From: an uncultured bacterium
Lineage (GTDB): Bacteria > Abyssobacteria > SURF-5
Assembly: GCA_964510165.1 (NCBI GenBank)
Contig: CAZEBC010000014.1
Location: 4,575-21,324, forward strand
DNA length: 16,750 bases
Direction of reading: 5' to 3'
The translations under genes were made by a program, and so were the position numbers. The notes beneath the pieces are model-generated. The model ran no database searches. It was not told the DNA's origin and was given only the letters and a program-made list of their open reading frames with translations. Shown here one piece after another: positions 1 to 6,155 of this stretch. Each line of letters opens with the position of its first letter. Position 1 is the first letter of the stretch.

Positions 1-3
1 TGG

Positions 4-57
4 GGGGCACAGACCTTTACTTTTCACATCTTGTGAAAATTGTCAAGGTCTGACCCC
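4..57. repeat. Imperfect inverted repeat (about 25-nt arms) overlapping the 3' end and stop of the acyl-CoA synthetase gene; possible terminator or REP-like element
   Basis: Left arm GGGGCACAGACCTTTACTTTTCACA (4-28), loop TCT, right arm TGTGAAAATTGTCAAGGTCTGACCCC (32-57; reverse complement GGGGTCAGACCTTGACAATTTTCACA). Confidence 0.7.
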
Positions 58-1423
58 TGTACCGGGCGTAGTCGCGGGAGGCGGCGAGGGATTTGATGGC
101 GCGGTTGAAGTCGGGATAGACCGGAATCTGCATCCCTTCGAGGTGACTGAAGAGGTCCTCGTGATACTCCTTGTGTCCGATGGAGGTGACGGCGACGGGG
201 ATGCCGGGATATCGCGCCTGAAGTTCCTTGATGAATCCGAAGGTAAACCCGATCTCGGGAAACGGCGACCAGGTGACCACGAGGACAGCATCGGTTGCGG
301 GATTCTTGAATGCGCACTCGATGGTCATCTCGAACGCGCGCTGCATGCCGACCGTCTCGGTGAGCGGCTCGATGTCCATGGGGTGACGGAATGTGGCCCA
401 CGGGGGATACAGCCGCTGCACTTCGTCGAGCAGTTCCTGCGGAAACGGAGTGAGGCGGAAGCCCGCCTTGATGGCGGCGTCGGCGGACATGACAGCGGCC
501 CCGCCGGAAAGCGAGACGATGGACAAGCGGTCACCCCGCGCCAGCGGCTGATACGCTAGCAGCTTGGCGTGATCAATGAGTTCCTGAAACGCATCGACCC
601 GAATAATTCCGGCCTGCTTGAACGCCGCCGAGACGATTGCGTCGTTGTTGGCGAGCGAGCCGGTGTGTGAGACGGCGGCGGCGGCCCCTTCCGGCGTCTG
701 GCCGGATTTGAGCGCGAGCACGGGCTTGACTCGAGTGGCCGCACGGGCAGCCTGAAGAAAGCGTCTGCCGTCAACGATTGACTCGAGATACATCATGATC
801 GCTTTGGTGTGTTCGTCGCGCATCAGGTATTCGAGTGCGTCGGCTTCGTCAACGTCGCACTTGTTGCCCAAGCCCGCCACCTTGCTGATGCCGAAGCTTT
901 CGGACGAGAATATCCACTCCATGAGCATTCCGGCAAACATGCCCGTCTGCGCGATGAAGGCGACCGGGCCCTTCTTGACTTCTCTCAGGAGAACAAACGT
1001 GCTCGTGAATTTGTCGTGCGGATTCAGGATGCCGGTGGTGTTCGGGCCGATGATGCGGATGCCTGCGCTGCGGGCGACATCGAGCATCAGCTGTTGAAGC
1101 CGCACGCCTTCCTCGCCGGATTCTTTGAAGCCGGAGGAGATGATGATGACGCCCTTGACGCGCTTTTGAGCGCAGTCGCGAATCACCTGGAGCGAGCGCG
1201 AGGAGGGCACCGCCACGATGACGACCTCAACGGGCTCGGGTATCTCCGCGACGGAGGTGTAGGTCTTCAGGCCGGCGATGTCTTCAGGGTTCGGATTGAC
1301 CGGGTATATCCTGCCCTCGTAGCCGAGGGTGAGGAGGTTGCGAACGATGATGCTGCCGAATTTGAAGGGGTTCTGCGAGGCGCCGACAACGGCCACACTT
1401 TTGGGGTTGAAAAAGAAGTCCAT
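17..1423 (-). CDS. Acyl-CoA synthetase (ADP/NDP-forming) alpha-subunit-type, CoA-binding protein (AcdA-like), 468 aa
   Basis: N-terminal CoA-binding Rossmann motif FFNPKSVAVVGAS...IYPVNP; IRIIGPNTTG; AQTG; GLGNKCDVDEAD; YLES; LKSGQT...AVSHTGSLA (phospho-His loop); LSGGAAV. No ATP-grasp domain in this ORF. GAGGAG-like SD just upstream of the ATG. Confidence 0.88.
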   Translation of the reverse strand: MDFFFNPKSVAVVGASQNPFKFGSIIVRNLLTLGYEGRIYPVNPNPEDIAGLKTYTSVAEIPEPVEVVIVAVPSSRSLQVIRDCAQKRVKGVIIISSGFKESGEEGVRLQQLMLDVARSAGIRIIGPNTTGILNPHDKFTSTFVLLREVKKGPVAFIAQTGMFAGMLMEWIFSSESFGISKVAGLGNKCDVDEADALEYLMRDEHTKAIMMYLESIVDGRRFLQAARAATRVKPVLALKSGQTPEGAAAAVSHTGSLANNDAIVSAAFKQAGIIRVDAFQELIDHAKLLAYQPLARGDRLSIVSLSGGAAVMSADAAIKAGFRLTPFPQELLDEVQRLYPPWATFRHPMDIEPLTETVGMQRAFEMTIECAFKNPATDAVLVVTWSPFPEIGFTFGFIKELQARYPGIPVAVTSIGHKEYHEDLFSHLEGMQIPVYPDFNRAIKSLAASRDYARYRGQTLTIFTRCEK

Positions 1424-1460
1424 GTTTCTCCTCGGGAATAAAGGCGCGGCGGAGCCGCAA

Positions 1461-1491
1461 GTTTCGGGTCTCGGGTTTCGCGTTTCGGGTT
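1461..1491. repeat. Heptamer tandem repeat (GTTTCGG) x about 4.4
   Basis: GTTTCGG GTCTCGG GTTTCGC GTTTCGG GTT; adjacent mini-hairpin GCGGC-GGA-GCCGC at 1446-1458. Confidence 0.8.
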
Positions 1492-1512
1492 AAAAGGCCT
1501 GCGGATTTTTCA

Positions 1513-1535
1513 GGGCGCACGCCGTGCGCCCCTAC
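1513..1535 (-). repeat. GTAG-family REP-like palindrome
   Basis: Minus strand reads GTAG-GGGCGCAC-GGC-GTGCGCCC. Confidence 0.75.
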
Positions 1536-1575
1536 GAACCCATAAAACGATGTCAATAAGCCGTTGGGAGACGCT

Positions 1576-1602
1576 GTAGGGCGGTTCGCGAACCGCCCCT
1601 AC
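1576..1602 (-). repeat. GTAG-family REP-like palindrome with GTAG at the 5' end of both strands
   Basis: Plus strand GTAGGGCGGTTCGCGAACCGCCCCTAC; minus strand GTAGGGGCGGTTCGCGAACCGCCCTAC. Confidence 0.75.
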
Positions 1603-1625
1603 AAACGGGCTCTTGGCGCTGGTTT

Positions 1626-1647
1626 GCAGGCAGGATGCCTGCGCTAC
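1626..1647 (-). repeat. GTAG-family REP-like palindrome whose GTAG contains the TAG stop of the AcnX small subunit
   Basis: Minus strand reads GTAG-C-GCAGGCA-TCC-TGCCTGC; TAG is 1646-1644. Confidence 0.65.
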
Positions 1648-2063
1648 GCTTTCCTGGTGACTTCGATGATGCCGGCGTCGGCGTCGAGCTTGATCCAGTC
1701 GCCGTTCCTGATGACCTTGAAGGGGTCCTTGTCGAGGTCGGTCATCATCGGGATGTCGGAAATGGCGCAGCCGAGCACGCAGAGCGAATCGAGTTCGGTG
1801 TTGATGATCGCTGCCGGCGCGACGCCAAGTCGCTTGGCGATGTTGATGTAGGCCGACGTGCCGGACGAGCCTTTGGTGAAGCGGAAGATGAAGACCTTGC
1901 CGGCGAAGCTCTTGCCCTCGAACTTGTTGCCGACCTCGTGCACGACGCCGCGTGTGGGGTCGGTGCCGCCCCAGAACGAGACGCGCTCGTCGGCGATGAG
2001 GGCCTCGCCCTCGGCCTGTCCGCCGACTACTTTCTTTCCTTTTATCGTAATCGTCTTCGGCAT
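1644..2063 (-). CDS. Aconitase X small (swivel) subunit, DUF126 family, 139 aa
   Basis: Signature GGQAEGEALI...VSFWGGTDPTRG...GKSFAGKVFIF..TKGSSG (putative catalytic Ser)...APAAII...GCAISDIP...IRNGDWIKLDADAG. Starts 3 nt after the large-subunit stop. Confidence 0.88.
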   Translation of the reverse strand: MPKTITIKGKKVVGGQAEGEALIADERVSFWGGTDPTRGVVHEVGNKFEGKSFAGKVFIFRFTKGSSGTSAYINIAKRLGVAPAAIINTELDSLCVLGCAISDIPMMTDLDKDPFKVIRNGDWIKLDADAGIIEVTRKA

Positions 2064-2066
2064 GGC

Positions 2067-3287
2067 TCAGTCCCTTCTTCCCTTGATGGCCGCTTCGACG
2101 CAATCCTTCGTGTTCGCGAAGTGCACCTGCGCTCCGATCTGCCCCGGCGCGTAGTACGCTTGCTTGACCGAGTTGGTCATGTATCTCTTGTTGCGCGCCA
2201 TCTCGATCTGGCTGATGCACGGGCAGGTGTCGGCCATGATCTTGCCGCCCGCGTCGGCTATCATCTTGTCGTAACCCATCTTCTCGGCGTACGAGCGGAT
2301 GGAGTCGGTAGTGCAGACCCAGAGTTGAGTGTTGGGCGATATCTTCCTGCCCTCGAGCAGGTGCGCGATCTCGACAATCTCGGTGAGCGTGGCGTGCGGA
2401 CAGCCGAACATGACGATATCGACCTCGGGCGATGGGCAGGTGTTGAGGCGTTGATACACGGCGCGCTTGTGCTTGTTGGTGAATCTGTGGCGGCTTTTCG
2501 GTTGGCGGCCCTGGAAGGCGGCGGTCATGGTGGGCGCCTCGGGGGTGATGCCGACGATGTGGAACATGCCGACACCGCCTTCGGTCGCGAGCGCGGCGCA
2601 CATCTCCTTGGCCTCCTCGAGCGCGGGAACGCGGCATCCTCTGAACACCGGGACGCCAAGGCCTGCGAGGTCGCCACCGAAGTAGCCGAGCGTGCCCCAA
2701 TCGGTGAGGTTGTCCAGGTCGGCCTCGACGTCTATCAGGATCGTGCCGCGCCGGTTCTCGGTGATGTGATTACCGAAACAGGGGATGAAGCCGGTGACGG
2801 CCGCCGGCATGGTGGACTCGGCGCCCTCGCGATTGGTGCGCGCGCCGAGGATGCCGTTCGCGTAGGAGATGGCGGCCGATTCCATCCAGGCGCAGGTCTG
2901 TCCTTTGAGCGGGGCGTTGCCCACGATTTCGGGCGCGCACGTCCAGGTGAGTTGGATGCCCGCCTGGGCGGCCACAGGCACGAGCGAAGCCTGAAGCTCA
3001 TAGCGGCGCTCGTCAATGCCGAACTCGTGCCACTTTTTGAAGTCTATGAAGCCGACGTGAGTAGTGGTCGGCGCCTTCACTCGCAATTGGCCGAACATCT
3101 TGAGGAGCGCGACGACCTCCTCGCCGCCCTCCATCGGGATCGTGAATACCGTGTGCACATTCTCGACGGGGATGAGGTTTTTGGCGCCCATCGCCTCGCC
3201 GTACTTGACGAGATAATTCATCGCCATGGCGATGATCGGGCCGTCTTCCCCTTCGAGCATTCGTTTTTGTTGCTCGGTCAGTTTCAT
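2067..3287 (-). CDS. Aconitase X large (catalytic, Fe-S) subunit, DUF521 family, 406 aa
   Basis: MKLTEQQKRMLEGEDG N-terminus; LTWTCAP; AWMESAAISYANGILGARTNREG; GMFHIVGITPEA; FGCPHATL; ADTCPC; MTNSVKQAYYAPG. GGAG SD upstream. Confidence 0.9.
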   Translation of the reverse strand: MKLTEQQKRMLEGEDGPIIAMAMNYLVKYGEAMGAKNLIPVENVHTVFTIPMEGGEEVVALLKMFGQLRVKAPTTTHVGFIDFKKWHEFGIDERRYELQASLVPVAAQAGIQLTWTCAPEIVGNAPLKGQTCAWMESAAISYANGILGARTNREGAESTMPAAVTGFIPCFGNHITENRRGTILIDVEADLDNLTDWGTLGYFGGDLAGLGVPVFRGCRVPALEEAKEMCAALATEGGVGMFHIVGITPEAPTMTAAFQGRQPKSRHRFTNKHKRAVYQRLNTCPSPEVDIVMFGCPHATLTEIVEIAHLLEGRKISPNTQLWVCTTDSIRSYAEKMGYDKMIADAGGKIMADTCPCISQIEMARNKRYMTNSVKQAYYAPGQIGAQVHFANTKDCVEAAIKGRRD

Positions 3288-3305
3288 AAGCTGTCTCCAG
3301 AATGA

Positions 3306-3343
3306 ATTAGGGTTCAGGGTTTGGAGTTTAGGGTTTAGGGTTA
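3306..3343. repeat. Degenerate heptamer tandem repeat (TTTAGGG) x about 5
   Basis: ATTAGGG TTCAGGG TTTGGAG TTTAGGG TTTAGGG TTA in the VOC-AcnX spacer. Confidence 0.8.
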
Positions 3344-3344
3344 T

Positions 3345-3821
3345 TCATTCCGTTCTCCCTTTTCCCTTTTTTCCTTTCCCCTTTTCCTCTCTTGTTCGGA
3401 TCGTTGGCATCATGAGTTCGATGGTTTCGCCGTCGTATCCCTTGAAGAACACGACTTTGTACGGGCCGAGGTTCTGCGGCTCGGAATAGAATTCGATGCC
3501 GTTCTCCTTCAGTCTCCTGCAGATGTTATCCAGTTCATCAACTATGAATGCGACGTGCATGTAGCCCAGGTCGCACTGGCGGCGCTCGAGCTTTTTGCCC
3601 TTCGGCTGGTAAAACTGGAACAGCTCGAGGCGGCAGTTGTTAAGGCGGAGCATCGCGATGCGCTCGCGCACGCCCGGCAGGCTGATCACCGTACCGAACT
3701 CGGGGATGCCTTCGATTTCGGCGTCCCATTGCACTTCCATGCCGAGGATGTCGCGGTACAGCCCGAGCGAGCGCTCCATGTCGGTCACGCTGAGGCCGGT
3801 ATGATGCATTTCTCTTAGCAT
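3345..3821 (-). CDS. VOC (glyoxalase/methylmalonyl-CoA epimerase-like) metalloprotein, 158 aa
   Basis: Start moved to ATG 3821 (GAGGAG SD upstream, promoter upstream); the ORF-track extension to 3986 runs through REP sequence. Motifs HHTGLSVTDMERSLGLYRDILG, LELFQF, GYMHVAF and GETIELM give the H/E/H/E metal-ligand pattern. Confidence 0.87.
   Translation of the reverse strand: MLREMHHTGLSVTDMERSLGLYRDILGMEVQWDAEIEGIPEFGTVISLPGVRERIAMLRLNNCRLELFQFYQPKGKKLERRQCDLGYMHVAFIVDELDNICRRLKENGIEFYSEPQNLGPYKVVFFKGYDGETIELMMPTIRTREEKGKGKKGKGRTE
3353..3387. repeat. Polypyrimidine heptamer repeat (about TTTTCCC x5) inside the 3' end of the VOC gene
   Basis: TTCTCCC TTTTCCC TTTTTTC CTTTCCC CTTTTCC; encodes most of the low-complexity tail EEKGKGKKGKGRTE. 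Confidence 0.65.
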
Positions 3822-3854
3822 ACATCTCTCCTCTTGAAGTCCAAATACGAGTGC

Positions 3855-3883
3855 ATAATAAGGCGTGGGTGTTTGAAAGTCAA
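3855..3883 (-). promoter_or_regulatory. Putative sigma70 promoter for the VOC-acnX genes
   Basis: Minus strand TTGACT (3883-3878), 17-nt spacer, TATTAT (3860-3855), 33 nt upstream of ATG 3821. Confidence 0.6.
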
Positions 3884-3890
3884 GAGTGCG

Positions 3891-3958
3891 GGCGCACGGC
3901 GTGCGCCGGTGTAATCTGGTTGTGGCGCGACACGGGCGAACACAAGGTTCGCCCCTAC
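3891..3958. repeat. Pair of REP-like palindromes in opposite orientation
   Basis: GGCGCACGGCGTGCGCC (3891-3907) has the same core as the 1513-1535 element but in opposite orientation. At 3934-3958 the minus strand reads GTAG-GGGCGAAC-CTTGT-GTTCGCCC. Confidence 0.7.
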
Positions 3959-4019
3959 GAACGGGAAACGGCCGCAGCGTGACCACATTGGGTCGCCTGT
4001 AGAGGAACGGGGCAGTTTT

Positions 4020-4964
4020 TCATGTGAGCCGGGCGACAGCTTGGGCGTACTCGCGCTTGAGTTTTTCGAAGAGCTCGGCGACGGTGGGAATCTCGCGGAC
4101 AAGCCCGGAGGACTGCCCGGCCTCGAGAACTCCTTTCACGACGTCGCCCCGGACCATTCCGAGTTCGGCGCGGTTGTCCTCGTCCCCAATGATTTTCCAT
4201 ATCTCTTCGGAACTGGCGCCGTCGCGCTCGGCTTGGGCCAGTCGAAGGGTGAACTCGTTCTTCAGAACGCGGAGCATGTTGATCTTGCGGCCGGTGATGA
4301 TTGTGCCCGCATCGCCGGCCTCGACGATCTTGCGCTTGAAGTTTTCGTGCGCCGGGCATTCGACGGTGGCCACAAAGCGCGTGCCCATCTGAACGCCCTC
4401 TGCGCCGAGGCACAGCGCGGCGGCGATACCCCTGCCGTCGGCTATTCCGCCGGCCGTCACAACGGGGATACTGACCGCATCCACCACTTGCGGAGTGAGC
4501 GTGATGGTGCAGATTTCGTCCATGCCGTCATGTCCGCCTGCCTCATAGCCCTCACACACGATCGCGTCGCAGCCAGCCTCCTGCGCCTTCTGAGCGCCTC
4601 TGACGGAAGGAACGACATGGATAATAATGGTGTCATCTCGCTTCAGGAGAGGGGCGGATTTCATCGGGTTCCCCGCTGAGGTCGTGAAAATGCGCGCGCC
4701 TTCTTCGAGTCCGATCTTGCAGACATCCTCGAAATCTGGCCGGAGCATCGGGATATTGAAGCCCCACGGTTTGTCCGTCTTCTCGCGCATGATTCTGAGG
4801 TTCTCGCGAATTTGGTCCCAGGTCATCGAGCCGGCGCCCACCTGCCCAAGGCCGCCCGCATTGGAGACGGCTGCGGCCAGCCGCCAGTTGGACACCCACA
4901 CCATTCCGCCCTGTATCACCGGGTATTCGATCCCGAGCAATGCTGTCAAGCGAGTCTTTTTCAT
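4020..4964 (-). CDS. FabK-like enoyl-thioester reductase / nitronate monooxygenase family FMN-dependent oxidoreductase, 314 aa
   Basis: TRLTALLGIEYPVIQGGMVWVS...LAAAVSNAGGLG; EGYEAGGH (catalytic His); IPVVTAGGIADGRGIAAALCLGAEGVQMGTRF; C-terminal GDV..G.LEAGQSSGLV. GAGGA SD. Sequence alone cannot separate FabK from NMO. Confidence 0.87.
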   Translation of the reverse strand: MKKTRLTALLGIEYPVIQGGMVWVSNWRLAAAVSNAGGLGQVGAGSMTWDQIRENLRIMREKTDKPWGFNIPMLRPDFEDVCKIGLEEGARIFTTSAGNPMKSAPLLKRDDTIIIHVVPSVRGAQKAQEAGCDAIVCEGYEAGGHDGMDEICTITLTPQVVDAVSIPVVTAGGIADGRGIAAALCLGAEGVQMGTRFVATVECPAHENFKRKIVEAGDAGTIITGRKINMLRVLKNEFTLRLAQAERDGASSEEIWKIIGDEDNRAELGMVRGDVVKGVLEAGQSSGLVREIPTVAELFEKLKREYAQAVARLT

Positions 4965-5036
4965 CGTGTTTTCCTCTTCCGATTGGGTCGCGCGTTATGA
5001 TGGTCATCATTCGATACTGTGTGTATTCATGGCGGA

Positions 5037-5066
5037 ATTTTAATGAAATGGTGAAAACAAAGTCAA
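5037..5066 (-). promoter_or_regulatory. Putative sigma70 promoter for the FabK/NMO-family gene
   Basis: Minus strand TTGACT (5066-5061), 18-nt spacer, TAAAAT (5042-5037) in an AT-rich divergent spacer. Confidence 0.5.
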
Positions 5067-5086
5067 CCCGGGAGTCTTGGCATTCC

Positions 5087-5116
5087 TTGACAAGACCCGC
5101 GCATGAGAACGATAAT
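5087..5116 (+). promoter_or_regulatory. Putative sigma70 promoter for the selenoprotein-rlmI unit
   Basis: TTGACA (5087-5092), 18-nt spacer, GATAAT (5111-5116), 48 nt upstream of ATG 5165. Confidence 0.6.
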
Positions 5117-5164
5117 GGAATTGTGTTAGTTTCTATTGCGCTTTGAATTGCGCGGGAAAGACAT

Positions 5165-6139
5165 ATGAGAAGCGGCTACATAGACAGGAAAGCCGCCGCC
5201 AGGCGGGCGGCGTCTCTGATGCTGAAGACAGGCCACTGAGCGCAGGCGACCCTGCTCAATATGCAGGAACTCCTAGGTCTGGGAGATGCGAAGAAGGTGA
5301 GGGCGGCCGCCGGGCTCGCGGGCGGGATTGGTCATCGAGGGGCGGCGTGCGGCATCCTCGTGGGCGGGGCGCTGGTGCTGGGCCTTGCGAGCGCGTCGAC
5401 GGACGAGGAGCAGGCGGACATAATCGCGCGCGGAAGCGCATATGTTGGTGAATACGCGCGCCGATTTAAGAAGTTCGCGGGAAGCACGTTGTGCGCCGAT
5501 ATCACGGGGACCAACTTCGACGATGACGCCCATGTGCGGCGCTACATCCTGAAGCGGGCGCGCAACTGCGTGAAGGTCGCTTCGAGTGCGGCCTCCGAAA
5601 TGGTGGATATAATTGACCGGGGCGCCCAGACGAGCAAGTCCCATTACGCGCTCAACAGCGGATTCTCGGGGCAGGATTTCCATTGCGCCTACACGACGTT
5701 CCTGCGCGCCTCGGAGCAGTCCGGCGCGAACCCCGTGCTTCCCGCAAACATGCTGATTCCGCTCAACGGCGGCATCGGGTACAGCGGCGGCACATGCGGA
5801 GCTTTGTTGGGCGGCTGCGTTTTCATAGGGCTTCAGAAAGGCGGAGACACGAGCCAGGCGGGGACGCTTTCGATTTTGCGGCGGTACATCGTCACGTTGA
5901 TCCAGGGGGCGGCCGCCTTCCAGCGGCTCGACCTTTCGCCCGCCAACGACGCGCTTTTGCGGTGCTCGGCCTTGTACACATGGTTTGAAGGCAGATTCCA
6001 CTCCGCCGCGTGCGGGACGCTCACGCAGACGGATTTTCACAACGCTGACCAGGCTGGCCGCTTCTTCAAGGAGGGAATCGCGAAGTGCGCTTCGATGGCG
6101 GACGAGACGGCAGCGAAGGCCGCGGAACTGGCCCGGTAG
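5165..6139 (+). CDS. Tandem two-domain C-GCAxxG-C-C family redox protein, probable selenoprotein (Sec at codon 25, TGA 5237-5239), 324 aa
   Basis: ATG 5165 is in frame with the 5261 ORF: MRSGYIDRKAAARRAASLMLKTGH-U-AQATLLNMQE... Domain 1 has U25, GGIGHRGAAC62G, C110, C135. Domain 2 has FHC174AY, GGIGYSGGTC211GALLGG, C283, C308. GGGAAAG precedes the ATG, a promoter lies upstream and a SECIS-like hairpin follows the TGA. Confidence 0.85.
5262..5290 (+). promoter_or_regulatory. Candidate bacterial SECIS element
   Basis: Upper stem CTCCTA/TGGGAG (5270-5275/5280-5285, one G-U pair) with apical loop GGTC (5276-5279); lower stem TGCA/TGCG (5262-5265/5287-5290). 36 nt separate the TGA from the loop. 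The A-GGUC-U apex resembles the E. coli fdhF SECIS apex as I recall it. Confidence 0.6.
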
Positions 6140-6155
6140 CCGGGGAGATGGGCGC

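Noticed and set aside
1551-1556. Perfect TTGACA (-35) on the minus strand upstream of the acyl-CoA synthetase
   Set aside because: No -10 at 16-18 nt; that position falls in the GC-rich REP.
1513-1647. CRISPR array
   Set aside because: The repeats are not identical, the spacing is irregular and no cas genes are present; REP architecture fits better.
1635-3305. 556-aa plus-strand ORF (and the 396-aa minus-strand ORF 1510-2700)
   Set aside because: Antisense or alternate-frame shadows of the AcnX genes, expected from GC-rich codon bias; no recognisable motifs.
3306-3343. Eukaryotic (plant-type) telomere contamination
   Set aside because: Only about five degenerate units, embedded between intact bacterial genes, with other heptamer arrays nearby.
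3822-3986. N-terminal extension of the VOC ORF
   Set aside because: It crosses REP palindromes and a promoter; the SD and family N-terminus support ATG 3821.
5143-5451. 102-aa plus-strand ORF as a frameshift partner for the redox gene
   Set aside because: Not needed, since ATG 5165 is already in frame; the translation is low-complexity Arg/Gly-rich.
5261-6139. 292-aa ORF starting at ATG 5261, or a pseudogene call because of the TGA
   Set aside because: This start removes the first conserved Cys-equivalent and has no SD. The TGA aligns exactly with Cys174 of the internal repeat and the rest of the gene is intact, so Sec readthrough fits better.
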